Below, piece by piece: positions 36,062 to 43,874 of a DNA stretch of 45,262 bases (position 1 is its first letter; the number at the start of each line of letters is the position of its first letter). Position numbers and translations under genes: made by a program. Source of the stretch: a virus (Duplodnaviria > Caudoviricetes); the IMG/VR virus record IMGVR_UViG_3300037882_001138, positions 1 through 45,262 of that record; one strand, written 5' to 3'. Below the pieces are notes generated by a model. That model did no database searches, was not told the origin of the DNA, and was given only the letters and a program-made list of their open reading frames with translations.

Positions 36062-37546
36062 ATGACGATCCCATCTACTACGCGCAAGGCCGGGCCTCTG
36101 CTTGGCACCGGCGCTCAGACCGCTTGGCCTTTCACTTTCAAGGTGTTTGCCGAGGCGGACATCCGCGTGGTTGTCGTCAACTCTATTTCAGTGGAAACCG
36201 AGCTGGTGCTAGACACCGACTACTCGGTATCGCTGAACTCAAACCAAGATACTAGTCCGGGTGGCACGGTCACCTACCCGATCAGCGGTTCGCCGATGCC
36301 CATCGGCAGCTCGCTCGTTATCGTTGGCGACATCGACTACGACCAACCTTACGACGTGCCGACCGGAGGGAACTTCAACCCAACGGCGCTGGAGAACGAA
36401 CTCGACCGCATCCTAATGCAAATGCAGCAGCTGCGCGAGATCGTAACCCGCGCGTTGCTGGCACCCGTAACTTCCGCTGCGTCAGGCCAACTGCCAGCGC
36501 CCGAGGCTAATACTCTTATTGGCTGGAACAGCGCCGAGGACGCACTACAAAACATCCCGCTCACCGACTTGGTGACAGCGCAAACCTACGGGTCGTTCCG
36601 CAACGACCCCTTTACCGGTGACGGCGTGGAGGACACCTTCGCCCTGAGCGACGATCCGGTCACCGTGGCTAACCTCATGGTTATGGTGGACGGCTTGGTG
36701 CTTGTGGCAGGCACTGACTTCAGCCTCGCCTCCGGCAATATCGTATTTACCGTACCTCCGGCAAACGGCGCGGAGATCATCGCGCGGTACGGCCAGGCGC
36801 TGGTGAGCGCCGGTTCAGACGCTGCGGACGTTAGTTTCACGCCCTCCGGCAGTATCTCTAGCACCGACGTGCAAGCTGCTATCGAGGAGCTAGATGCCGT
36901 CGTTGGTAGTGCAACCGCAACAGGGTTGGCCGTGTTGACTGCGGCAAACGCTGCGGCAGCCCGGACTGCTATCGGCGCGCAGGCATCTTTGGGGTACACG
37001 GCAGCCGACGACAGCGCCGTCGTCAAACTGACCGGAAGCCAAACTGTGGCGGGCGTCAAGACGTTCAGCAGCCAGCCTATTCTCCCGCAGGCGTTGGCTA
37101 CCGGGACTGTAGTGAATACGACCTCCGGTACCAGCGTAGTGGTTACCGGCATCCCATCGTGGGCAAAGCGCGTAACGATACCGCTAACAACCGTAGGGAC
37201 AAGCGGAGGGAGTCAGCCGGTACTACGGATTGGGCCTTCGGGCGGCGTGGAAACTTCCGGTTATCTTGGCGCCACCGGCTCCACCGCCGCTAGTAGCGGT
37301 GCTCCTCTTTACGATGGTTGGTCTGGAAGCGCACGAATCAATGGTGTCGTTGTCCTGACGTTACTGAACGCTTCGACAAACCTTTGGGCTATCACCGGTC
37401 ACACCGGCAGGAGCGATAGTTCGGGCTCCATGAGTATTGGCGTTACCAAAGCGCTGGCAGGTGTCCTGACTCAGTTCTCTCTAACAACGACCGGCGGCGT
37501 GGACACATTTGCCAACGGGGCGATCACCATGTACGTGGAAGGCTAG
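36062..37546 (+). CDS. Tail fibre protein
   Basis: T7 gp17-like N-terminus (G.G.QT.WPFTFKVF..DI.V..L..DYSV...E..LDR), ARTAIG and QTVAGVKTFSS fibre motifs. Confidence 0.88.
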   Translation: MTIPSTTRKAGPLLGTGAQTAWPFTFKVFAEADIRVVVVNSISVETELVLDTDYSVSLNSNQDTSPGGTVTYPISGSPMPIGSSLVIVGDIDYDQPYDVPTGGNFNPTALENELDRILMQMQQLREIVTRALLAPVTSAASGQLPAPEANTLIGWNSAEDALQNIPLTDLVTAQTYGSFRNDPFTGDGVEDTFALSDDPVTVANLMVMVDGLVLVAGTDFSLASGNIVFTVPPANGAEIIARYGQALVSAGSDAADVSFTPSGSISSTDVQAAIEELDAVVGSATATGLAVLTAANAAAARTAIGAQASLGYTAADDSAVVKLTGSQTVAGVKTFSSQPILPQALATGTVVNTTSGTSVVVTGIPSWAKRVTIPLTTVGTSGGSQPVLRIGPSGGVETSGYLGATGSTAASSGAPLYDGWSGSARINGVVVLTLLNASTNLWAITGHTGRSDSSGSMSIGVTKALAGVLTQFSLTTTGGVDTFANGAITMYVEG

Positions 37547-37549
37547 GGC

Positions 37550-37837
37550 ATGACTATTAGAACATTCGACTTTGCAACAGGTGAAGTTTCTGAGCGCGAA
37601 CTAACCGCCGAGGAAATTGCAGCATTGCCCGCACCTGTCCCACCAACGCCCCGCGAACAACTCGCAGTCCTTGAAACAACATACACACTCACCCAGCGCA
37701 ATTTGCGCGAGTTCATCCTCCTAACGGTTGAAGCTCTCAAAATGGGCGTGCCGGTTGACCTTTCGGTGTTGCCCGGCGTGCAAGTGGTTACCGCGGTAGA
37801 AGCCGAGGCCGCCGTACTGCGAGCACAAATAGAATGA
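37550..37837 (+). CDS. Tail-fibre-associated small protein
   Basis: TGEVSERELTAEEIAA motif; directly follows the fibre. Confidence 0.7.
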   Translation: MTIRTFDFATGEVSERELTAEEIAALPAPVPPTPREQLAVLETTYTLTQRNLREFILLTVEALKMGVPVDLSVLPGVQVVTAVEAEAAVLRAQIE

Positions 37838-38133
37838 TCTCCCTATTCCTACTCCTCTTGCGTCCTGCACTCATGTGCGTAGACGGCGGCTCACGCAAGC
37901 CCCACCACGTAGCTGCGGCGCTGCTCGCGCTGCCACTAGACGTGCTGATCGCGCACACGGTGTGGGCGCTAGTCGCGGGTTGGCCGAAGCACAACGAGTG
38001 GACCATCAGCGACACGCTTGAGCGCCTGTGCGTGGACATCAAAAACCCAGACTGGGGGCTGTTCATCGGCATTGCCAAACGAATCAACCGTGAGTCCCCA
38101 ACTAAAAACCACATCCGCTCGGTATCCATGTAA
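37834..38133 (+). CDS. 99-aa hypothetical, partly hydrophobic
   Basis: ATGA overlap; LDV...T......P...EWTIS..L.R pattern seen next to phage tail fibres. Confidence 0.7.
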   Translation: MISLFLLLLRPALMCVDGGSRKPHHVAAALLALPLDVLIAHTVWALVAGWPKHNEWTISDTLERLCVDIKNPDWGLFIGIAKRINRESPTKNHIRSVSM

Positions 38134-38153
38134 AGACCCCCAGAATTTACTAT
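38121..38153 (+). promoter_or_regulatory. Late promoter 6 (lysis cassette)
   Basis: GGTATCCATG-N17-TACTAT. Confidence 0.75.
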
Positions 38154-38237
38154 GCGTAAACTCTTACACACGTCCCTATGCACGATGATGTCCTCTACCA
38201 ACTTGCAAAGCTTAACCGGCGCGTGGGGGACCCGAGC

Positions 38238-38471
38238 ATGATCGACCCCGTAGAGTTCGGTGAAATCAAAGGGGCCGTCGCATCGCTGCAATTGCAGATG
38301 ACCGACTTCAAGGCGCGCCAGGCAGTGACCGACGCGAAGCTGGACTTGGTGCTGGACAAACTGTCCGAGGCCAAGGGTGGATGGAAAACATTGATGCTGC
38401 TGGGTGGTGGTGCCAGCACGCTGGGCGCTGGTCTTAGCTGGATCGTTGCCCACTACAAAGGCTACCCGTGA
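38238..38471 (+). CDS. Coiled-coil plus C-terminal TM protein, holin/antiholin-like
   Basis: IDPVEFG.....V..L...KGGWK.L...GG; start could also be 38178. Confidence 0.7.
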   Translation: MIDPVEFGEIKGAVASLQLQMTDFKARQAVTDAKLDLVLDKLSEAKGGWKTLMLLGGGASTLGAGLSWIVAHYKGYP

Positions 38472-38887
38472 ACATCCGTGAGCAACTTGCACGCGATGAG
38501 GGCGTCAAGCCCGCTGCGTACCAGGACCATTTAGGCTACTGGACGATTGGGGTAGGGCGGCTGATCGACGAACGCAAAGGTGGCGGCCTGCGCCCCGATG
38601 AGATCGACTATCTGCTGGACAACGACATCAACGACCGGCGCGAGGCACTTACTAAAGCATTGCCGTTTTTCAAGAACCTAGACGCCGCGCGTCAGGGCGT
38701 GCTCATCAACATGGCGTTCCAGCTTGGCACCGCCGGGTTGTTGTCGTTCAAAACAACGCTTGGGTTTATTGCCCGTTACGACTACGAAGGGGCAGCCCAG
38801 CAAATGCTCCTGAGCAAGTGGGCAACACAAACCCCCGAGCGCGCACAGCGTTTGGCTAAACAAATGAAGGAGGGCGTATGGCACTAG
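38468..38887 (+). CDS. Endolysin, T4-type lysozyme (GH24)
   Basis: E-x8-D-x5-T triad (DEGVKPAAYQDHLGYWTIGVG), NMAFQLG, SKWA.QTP.RA.R. Confidence 0.92.
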   Translation: MNIREQLARDEGVKPAAYQDHLGYWTIGVGRLIDERKGGGLRPDEIDYLLDNDINDRREALTKALPFFKNLDAARQGVLINMAFQLGTAGLLSFKTTLGFIARYDYEGAAQQMLLSKWATQTPERAQRLAKQMKEGVWH

Positions 38888-39273
38888 ACCCAATCAGCGC
38901 AGCACTGGACGTGGGTGGCAAACTGATCGACCGACTCTGGCCAGACCCAACGCAAAAGGCGCAGGCGCAGATCGCCCTGCTTGAACTTGCTCAGAAGGGT
39001 GAGCTTGCAGAATTCACCGCGCGGGCAGACATCGTGAAGACCGAAGCGGCCAGCGAGAACTGGCTGGCATCAAGCTGGCGGCCCATCCTCATGTTGACCT
39101 TTGGCGCGCTCATCGTTGCGCGCTGGTTCGGCTGGGCTGCACCTAACTTGAGCGAAGCCGAGTACCTGAAACTCTGGTCAATTGTCGAGTTGGGCCTTGG
39201 CGGCTACGTCATTGGTCGCAGCGCTGAAAAGATTATTCCGGGCATTGCCGATGCTCTGAAAGGGAGCAGATGA
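38878..39273 (+). CDS. 3TM holin family protein
   Basis: LIDRLWPDP, SSWRP, LGLGGY..GRS.EK. Confidence 0.85.
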   Translation: MALDPISAALDVGGKLIDRLWPDPTQKAQAQIALLELAQKGELAEFTARADIVKTEAASENWLASSWRPILMLTFGALIVARWFGWAAPNLSEAEYLKLWSIVELGLGGYVIGRSAEKIIPGIADALKGSR

Positions 39274-39313
39274 GCCGTGCGTCAAGCAACACAAAACGAC
39301 TAAACGTCTCGCT

Positions 39314-39385
39314 GTCACCCAGCAGGTAGCGGATGGCGAGGTGCTGCGCGCCCGGTATCTTGATCGTGCCGTCCAGCCAGCGCCG
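39314..39385 (-). pseudogene. Start-less fragment resembling HTH-DUF3653 (XafT-like) proteins
   Basis: RRWLDGTIKIPGAQHLAIRYLLGD; recognised from memory of betaproteobacterial DUF3653 proteins, not verified by search. Confidence 0.4.
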
Positions 39386-39392
39386 GCTTCCT

Positions 39393-39420
39393 GGTTCGCA
39401 TAATCGGTGTTCAGTTCAGC
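39393..39420 (+). other. dif-like site A (XerC-like arm GGTTCGCATAA)
   Basis: 10/11 to the E. coli dif XerC arm; spacer TCGGTG; right arm 6/11 to TTATGTTAAAT. Confidence 0.35.
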
Positions 39421-39766
39421 CCAGAAGGGCAGGGAGTTCATTGGGTTGGGGTGTGCGTCTTGCAACGATGTCCAGCGCTCGCTGCACCCGCGACGCCTGC
39501 GCCTGGAGGATGCCCAGCTGGCGCCGCTTGCGCGCCTTGAAGGACTCCAACGCCTCGGCCTCGGTCGGGCACGCGAAGCGCTTGCGCGCTGTGGTCTTGA
39601 CGAACCGGCCGATGTCCAGCTGCACGCCGCACGGTGTGACCTTCACCACCCGGTAGCGGCGCAGCACCACCTCGAGCCGACCTGGGCCTGTTGGTTCGTC
39701 GTACTCGTCCGGCATCGAGGCGTAGACCACGTCCTCGAACCTGTACCAGTGGGTGTCCATCGTCAT
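39416..39766 (-). CDS. About 116-aa hypothetical phage protein
   Basis: GAAAGG RBS before MTMDTHW; V.K.TP.G...FA.PT..EAL.SF.ARK.RQ pattern. Confidence 0.75.
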   Translation of the reverse strand: MTMDTHWYRFEDVVYASMPDEYDEPTGPGRLEVVLRRYRVVKVTPCGVQLDIGRFVKTTARKRFACPTEAEALESFKARKRRQLGILQAQASRVQRALDIVARRTPQPNELPALLG

Positions 39767-39806
39767 CCTTTCAGCGCCGCCCACACTGCGGGCAGGCGCG
39801 GGTTGT

Positions 39807-39835
39807 AGTGCGTGTAACACGGCTTATTGTTAGAC
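39807..39835 (+). other. dif-like site B
   Basis: AGTGCGTGTAA-CACGGC-TTATTGTTAGAC; intergenic, same orientation as sites A and C. Confidence 0.35.
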
Positions 39836-39845
39836 CACTGTGTGG

Positions 39846-40019
39846 TCACACACGAGGCCCTGTCGGTAGGCCGGAGTTGCGTGAACGCTCTCTGTCGGCC
39901 ACCTCGGCTAGTGCGTCACGCGCCATCGACGCCAAGGTTTCGCCTTCCTCGGTGGTCGGGTAACTCTCGGCGATCTGCCGCAGTGCGTCGCGCAGGATGT
40001 CCAGGTCGGTCTCGGTCAT
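39846..40019 (-). CDS. 57-aa hypothetical protein (not in ORF track)
   Basis: MTETDLDILRDALRQIAESYPTTEEGETLASMARDALAEVADRERSRNSGLPTGPRV; GAGG just upstream. Confidence 0.6.
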   Translation of the reverse strand: MTETDLDILRDALRQIAESYPTTEEGETLASMARDALAEVADRERSRNSGLPTGPRV

Positions 40020-40053
40020 TCCTCAAGTCTTTCATCGTTATGTCCTGTACGCA

Positions 40054-40081
40054 ATGCTACCACAATTCTTAGCGTCTGCTA
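40054..40081 (-). promoter_or_regulatory. Leftward extended -10 promoter with TAGCGTCTGCTA operator over its -35 region
   Basis: Minus strand TG-G-TAGCAT (-10 at 40059-40054); palindrome 40070-40081. Confidence 0.5.
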
Positions 40082-40100
40082 CAGGGAAAACCATCGTTCT

Positions 40101-40128
40101 GATGCGTATAATGTATAAAATGACCAAA
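40101..40128 (+). other. dif-like site C, candidate XerC/D-dependent attP
   Basis: GATGCGTATAA-TGTATA-AAATGACCAAA versus E. coli dif GGTGCGCATAA-TGTATA-TTATGTTAAAT (9/11, 6/6, 5/11). Confidence 0.62.
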
Positions 40129-40181
40129 GCAAATGCCAAAGCAGCCATTTACTTAGCACTAACATCCTGCGTCAAACACCC

Positions 40182-40364
40182 CTAGCGCTTGCTAAGAGTT
40201 TGTGCAGGATGCACCGCAGCCAATACTCCGTCAAGGTCAGCGACGGCGCCGTCGTTCACCGCCCGCCATTTACTATCAAGGCTGCGCAGGCGATCCCAAG
40301 CAGCAGCCTTGCGCTCTATCTCTAACTGGCGGTCTATCGCCTTTTGAATGTCAGCTTCGTACAC
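40182..40364 (-). CDS. 60-aa hypothetical protein
   Basis: GTG start after GGAGG RBS. Confidence 0.6.
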   Translation of the reverse strand: MYEADIQKAIDRQLEIERKAAAWDRLRSLDSKWRAVNDGAVADLDGVLAAVHPAQTLSKR

Positions 40365-40542
40365 GGCGCACCTCCCACTGGTCGCGGCACTCGGCGTCAC
40401 ACCATCGCTTGGTCTCGCCCAAGGGCGACTCGCAGAAGCTGCACAGCCCCGCAGGCGCTGGGCCTGTGGGTCTGCGTGAACGCAGGGCGTAGGCGAGGTT
40501 GCGCTCTACCTCTTCTTGTGCGCGGTCGATGTCGTCGCTCAT
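40351..40542 (-). CDS. DksA/TraR-like C4 zinc-finger protein
   Basis: MSDDIDRAQ N-terminus; CSFC...WCDAEC. Confidence 0.75.
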   Translation of the reverse strand: MSDDIDRAQEEVERNLAYALRSRRPTGPAPAGLCSFCESPLGETKRWCDAECRDQWEVRRVRS

Positions 40543-40733
40543 GTCTTCATCCAATCAGGTTTGTTTGGTAATGGGGCCCAGCCCGTGAAGAACGGGTCTT
40601 TGCCGGTGAACAGTCCGTAGAGTGCCACGCCGCCCTTGCCCAGCAGCTGGACCTTGACCCCGCGGGGGCAGGTGTCCATCGGCTGCCAGTAGTAGCCCTG
40701 GTCAACGGCGGCGGGGCTGTTGGTTTGGGTCAC
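40539..40733 (-). CDS. DUF551-like small protein
   Basis: WQPMDTCP...W.PLP; GTG start coupled to the upstream stop. Confidence 0.7.
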   Translation of the reverse strand: MTQTNSPAAVDQGYYWQPMDTCPRGVKVQLLGKGGVALYGLFTGKDPFFTGWAPLPNKPDWMKT

Positions 40734-40999
40734 CGTTCGACCCCTTCTAGGCGGTCGGCCACTAGCTTTGCGTAGCCCGCAATGTCCACCCAACTATCGG
40801 CGTAGCGGGGGTCGCCGTTAAGAATGCGACCGATCTTGTGGGCAATCATGTGCAGGGCCTCCACCATGTCGTCGTCCAGATGGTCCCACTGTAGTGAGTT
40901 AGCCATCTGGCGCTTTAGCCGAAGCGTGATGTCGGCATGCCCGGTAAATTTGCCGTAGCGATTGCCACGTTCGACCAAGGTGTTTACTAAATCACTCAT
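40730..40999 (-). CDS. DUF6378-like protein
   Basis: L.ERG.RYG.F ... KIGRILNGD..Y.DSWVDIAGYA.L. Confidence 0.8.
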   Translation of the reverse strand: MSDLVNTLVERGNRYGKFTGHADITLRLKRQMANSLQWDHLDDDMVEALHMIAHKIGRILNGDPRYADSWVDIAGYAKLVADRLEGVER

Positions 41000-42390
41000 T
41001 TTCTACCTTTCAAAAATTCCAACAATAAATCCTGAACACTGCGCTTGGTTTCCCGTCGCGCCATGACAAGTTCGTCTATGGTGTTGCGCGCTACGATGTA
41101 GTGCACAAACACCCCGTCGGTCCGGCTAGCTTGTAGCTGGCGCACAGGGCCGATGCGCTCCAGCACTTGGTCGTGGTACTCCAAGTTCCAGTCCTGCGCA
41201 AAGAACACGATGGTGTTGCAGTGGTACTGCAAGCCATCGACTCCGTGGCCCATGCTCTGGGGGTGGCCGAACCACAGCTTGCCTTCACCGCGCATAGCAC
41301 GTGCCATGTCCTCGGCTTTGCTCAGGTCAAGGCCTTCGGGGAACGCGCGCAGCAGTCGGGCTAGATCGCTCTTGAACTGGTAGGTGACTAGCAGCGGGTC
41401 GTCGCCAGTCTCCTCGGCCAGCTCGCTCAAGGCGTCCAGCTTCTCCATGTGCACTTCGATCCAGGTGCCGGTGCCGTAGCGCTCGGGGTCCAGGTACACC
41501 GCACCGTTCGCCAGTTGCAGACACTTCTGGCTTTTGGCCGCGGCGTTCATGGCCTCGACCTCGTTACCTTCAATCATGGTGAACAGCTCGCGCTCCATCT
41601 CCCGGTACTTGGTGCGGGCGCTAGCTGGCAGTTCGACCTCGATCACGTTGACGATAGGGTCTTGCAGGTCGAACCAGTCCTTCGGGTCTAGCGTCAGGCA
41701 GATGTCAGCGATGCGTTCTTGGATCTCGGCTTGGGCGTGGTCGGCCTGCACCCAGCGGTTGAACTGGCCGTTCTTGACCGGGCGAAACCAACGGTTTTGA
41801 AACGCGGAGAACGTACGACCAAGGCGCTGGCCTGCATCCAAGAACCATGTTTGACCCCACAGGTCTTCGAGCCCGTTGCTGGCTGGCGTGCCGGTAAGGT
41901 TGATCCAGCGCTCTACATCCTTGTGCGCTACCTTGCCCAGTGCCTGAGCGCGCACGCCACCCTGACGCAGCCTGAAGTTCTTTAGCTTGGTTGACTCGTC
42001 GGCCACCACCGTGGCGAAGGGCCAGGCGCTGCCGGTGAACTGCTCACGTAACCATACCAGGTTGTCGTAGTTGATCGTATAGACCGGTGCGTCTTTGCGC
42101 AGTGCAGCCTTGCGCTGGTCGGCATCACCTACAATCGGCACAACCTCGACGCTGGCGAGGTGGTCCCACTTGTGCGCCTCGTTGGCCCAAGTGTCCCGTG
42201 CCACGCGCAGCGGGGCCAGCACCAGCGACGGGCGGCTCTCACCCCATACGTTGTGCAGGTAGTCCAAGAACGTCAGAGCCATTACGCTCTTGCCCATGCC
42301 GGGCTTGGCAAAAATCGCGCTGCGCTCCACGTTAGCCAGGTGGTTCATGGCCAGTCCGTGGTAGGGGCGGGGGGTGAATTTACGCCGCAT
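40996..42390 (-). CDS. SNF2-family helicase
   Basis: PGMGKS, VADES, LTGTPA, GHGVDGLQ, ERIG..RQ. Confidence 0.93.
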   Translation of the reverse strand: MRRKFTPRPYHGLAMNHLANVERSAIFAKPGMGKSVMALTFLDYLHNVWGESRPSLVLAPLRVARDTWANEAHKWDHLASVEVVPIVGDADQRKAALRKDAPVYTINYDNLVWLREQFTGSAWPFATVVADESTKLKNFRLRQGGVRAQALGKVAHKDVERWINLTGTPASNGLEDLWGQTWFLDAGQRLGRTFSAFQNRWFRPVKNGQFNRWVQADHAQAEIQERIADICLTLDPKDWFDLQDPIVNVIEVELPASARTKYREMERELFTMIEGNEVEAMNAAAKSQKCLQLANGAVYLDPERYGTGTWIEVHMEKLDALSELAEETGDDPLLVTYQFKSDLARLLRAFPEGLDLSKAEDMARAMRGEGKLWFGHPQSMGHGVDGLQYHCNTIVFFAQDWNLEYHDQVLERIGPVRQLQASRTDGVFVHYIVARNTIDELVMARRETKRSVQDLLLEFLKGRK

Positions 42391-42682
42391 CGCTCTTGGC
42401 TTTCTTACACCAGTGTCTAACGGTTGATGCTGGTTCGTTCAAAGCCCTGGCCGCAGCTCTCATTGACATGTGAGCGACAAGTGAACGCGCTTGGCGCTCC
42501 TTGCTCTCTCGGTCAAGGGTGCGGCGCACCTGCGCTGCGCGGTCCTGTTGACGCCCGACGCCGTTGATGCGTTGCCACAGTTCCAGTGGTACCTCTATGG
42601 TTGTGAAACGATGGCCGGTGGCGGATTCATACCTGCGACGCTTGAACCCTTGGGGTGTTTGCCGTGTCTCTAGGCACTTCAT
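42380..42682 (-). CDS. 100-aa protein with C-terminal HTH
   Basis: CLETR..KRRRYE...HRFTT.E (NrdR-N-like) and SMRAAARALNEPASTVRHW. Confidence 0.7.
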   Translation of the reverse strand: MKCLETRQTPQGFKRRRYESATGHRFTTIEVPLELWQRINGVGRQQDRAAQVRRTLDRESKERQARSLVAHMSMRAAARALNEPASTVRHWCKKAKSDAA

Positions 42683-42858
42683 TTTTTCTTGGCTTTCGTC
42701 TTGTTCTTACCCAAAGGGTTCGACCCCTTCAGTGAGATAGTGTTTTTAGCATTGGCGCGGGCTAGCTCGCCGGTCTTGGTGTCGATACCGTTGTAGGCGC
42801 GCAGTTCGCTAAAGATGGAGGGCTTGCCCTGCCAGTTGAATGTGGGGTGGGGTTTCAT
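42679..42858 (-). CDS. 59-aa basic hypothetical protein
   Basis: GAAAGG RBS before MKPHP; coupled to neighbours. Confidence 0.65.
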   Translation of the reverse strand: MKPHPTFNWQGKPSIFSELRAYNGIDTKTGELARANAKNTISLKGSNPLGKNKTKAKKK

Positions 42859-43874
42859 TATTGGCCTTTCATTATTTCGGCTTCGATGGCGCGGGCGAAT
42901 GCGAGTTCTTCTTTTGCCATCCCTGCGTAACCCCAATGTTTTCTCGCAATTACTGTAATCTGATCATCCGTAAGTAGCAGCAGCTCCCCTTGCGCTGGCG
43001 GTACCTTCTTAGACAATCCGCGCACAGACATAGAAGCATCTGTTTCTTCTTTTGTCAGGCCGTTAAATTCAAGCGACTGTACCTGCTCGGTGCGTCGCAC
43101 CTGTTCAGCTGGCCGTGTAAGCGCAGCCGCAAAAGCGTCAGCTACTTGTTTCCCTGTAATCGGCTGCTTAATGCACCATTCACCAGGATTGTTTTCGACA
43201 AGTTTTGCCCAGCTTGCGTCCGGTTCGCCCGTAACCCACTCGCTGGCAGGAAGCCAAGCCGCGCCATCTTTGCGCATCAGGCGATTAAGCACGGGCTGCT
43301 GTGCCTGCTCGGTGAGTGGCTGGGCAACTGTTAAACAATCCTTAATAGTTGGCTGAGCTGTTTGGAATTTTTCTAGTGCACATGCAGCAATGCTGATAAA
43401 TTGCCATGCGCGTCGTGCTCGCCATTCTGTCAAGGCTTCTTCTGATTCTTGCCCACTGCCTGACATGCCAGCGTAAGCAATCGTCTCCAACGCCTCCATC
43501 AGTTCATTCTGGGCGGGTGCTACGGGGGCGGCGTAGAGTTTTGTTTCCTCCCAGCACTTTGGGTCAATGTAATTGCCGTTTTTCCGATCTTTTGAAAATT
43601 CCACAAAATAGCCGCCGGGAGTGCCGCACTCATACATCCACGCCACCGGCTCCTGCGCTTCAATCGCGGATAGCTTGGCTTGCAGTGCATCACGCTGTTT
43701 ACGAGACTCATTAGCTTTTACAAACCAGTTCCCTTTAAGCTGCATTTGAAGCGCCAATTCTTCCTGCGCCACTCGCAAGGCTTCGCGCAGTTCGGTGATT
43801 TCGGCCTTAACTTCGTCGGGCAGTATCCATCCGTTACGCTCAAGCCAAGAATCTAGTTTCCCCGTGCTCATCAT
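42858..43874 (-). CDS. 338-aa mosaic Ea22/Ead-like accessory protein
   Basis: Coiled coil then short modules joined by AQEPVAW, APVAPAQ and AQP linkers; visibly more AT-rich than core genes. Confidence 0.7.
   Translation of the reverse strand: MMSTGKLDSWLERNGWILPDEVKAEITELREALRVAQEELALQMQLKGNWFVKANESRKQRDALQAKLSAIEAQEPVAWMYECGTPGGYFVEFSKDRKNGNYIDPKCWEETKLYAAPVAPAQNELMEALETIAYAGMSGSGQESEEALTEWRARRAWQFISIAACALEKFQTAQPTIKDCLTVAQPLTEQAQQPVLNRLMRKDGAAWLPASEWVTGEPDASWAKLVENNPGEWCIKQPITGKQVADAFAAALTRPAEQVRRTEQVQSLEFNGLTKEETDASMSVRGLSKKVPPAQGELLLLTDDQITVIARKHWGYAGMAKEELAFARAIEAEIMKGQ

Noticed and set aside
36062-38133. BPP-1-type diversity-generating retroelement
   Set aside because: No reverse transcriptase ORF and no template/variable repeat pair was seen.
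40038-40048. Isolated XerD-like arm TTATGTCCTGT
   Set aside because: No XerC-like arm at the correct spacing.
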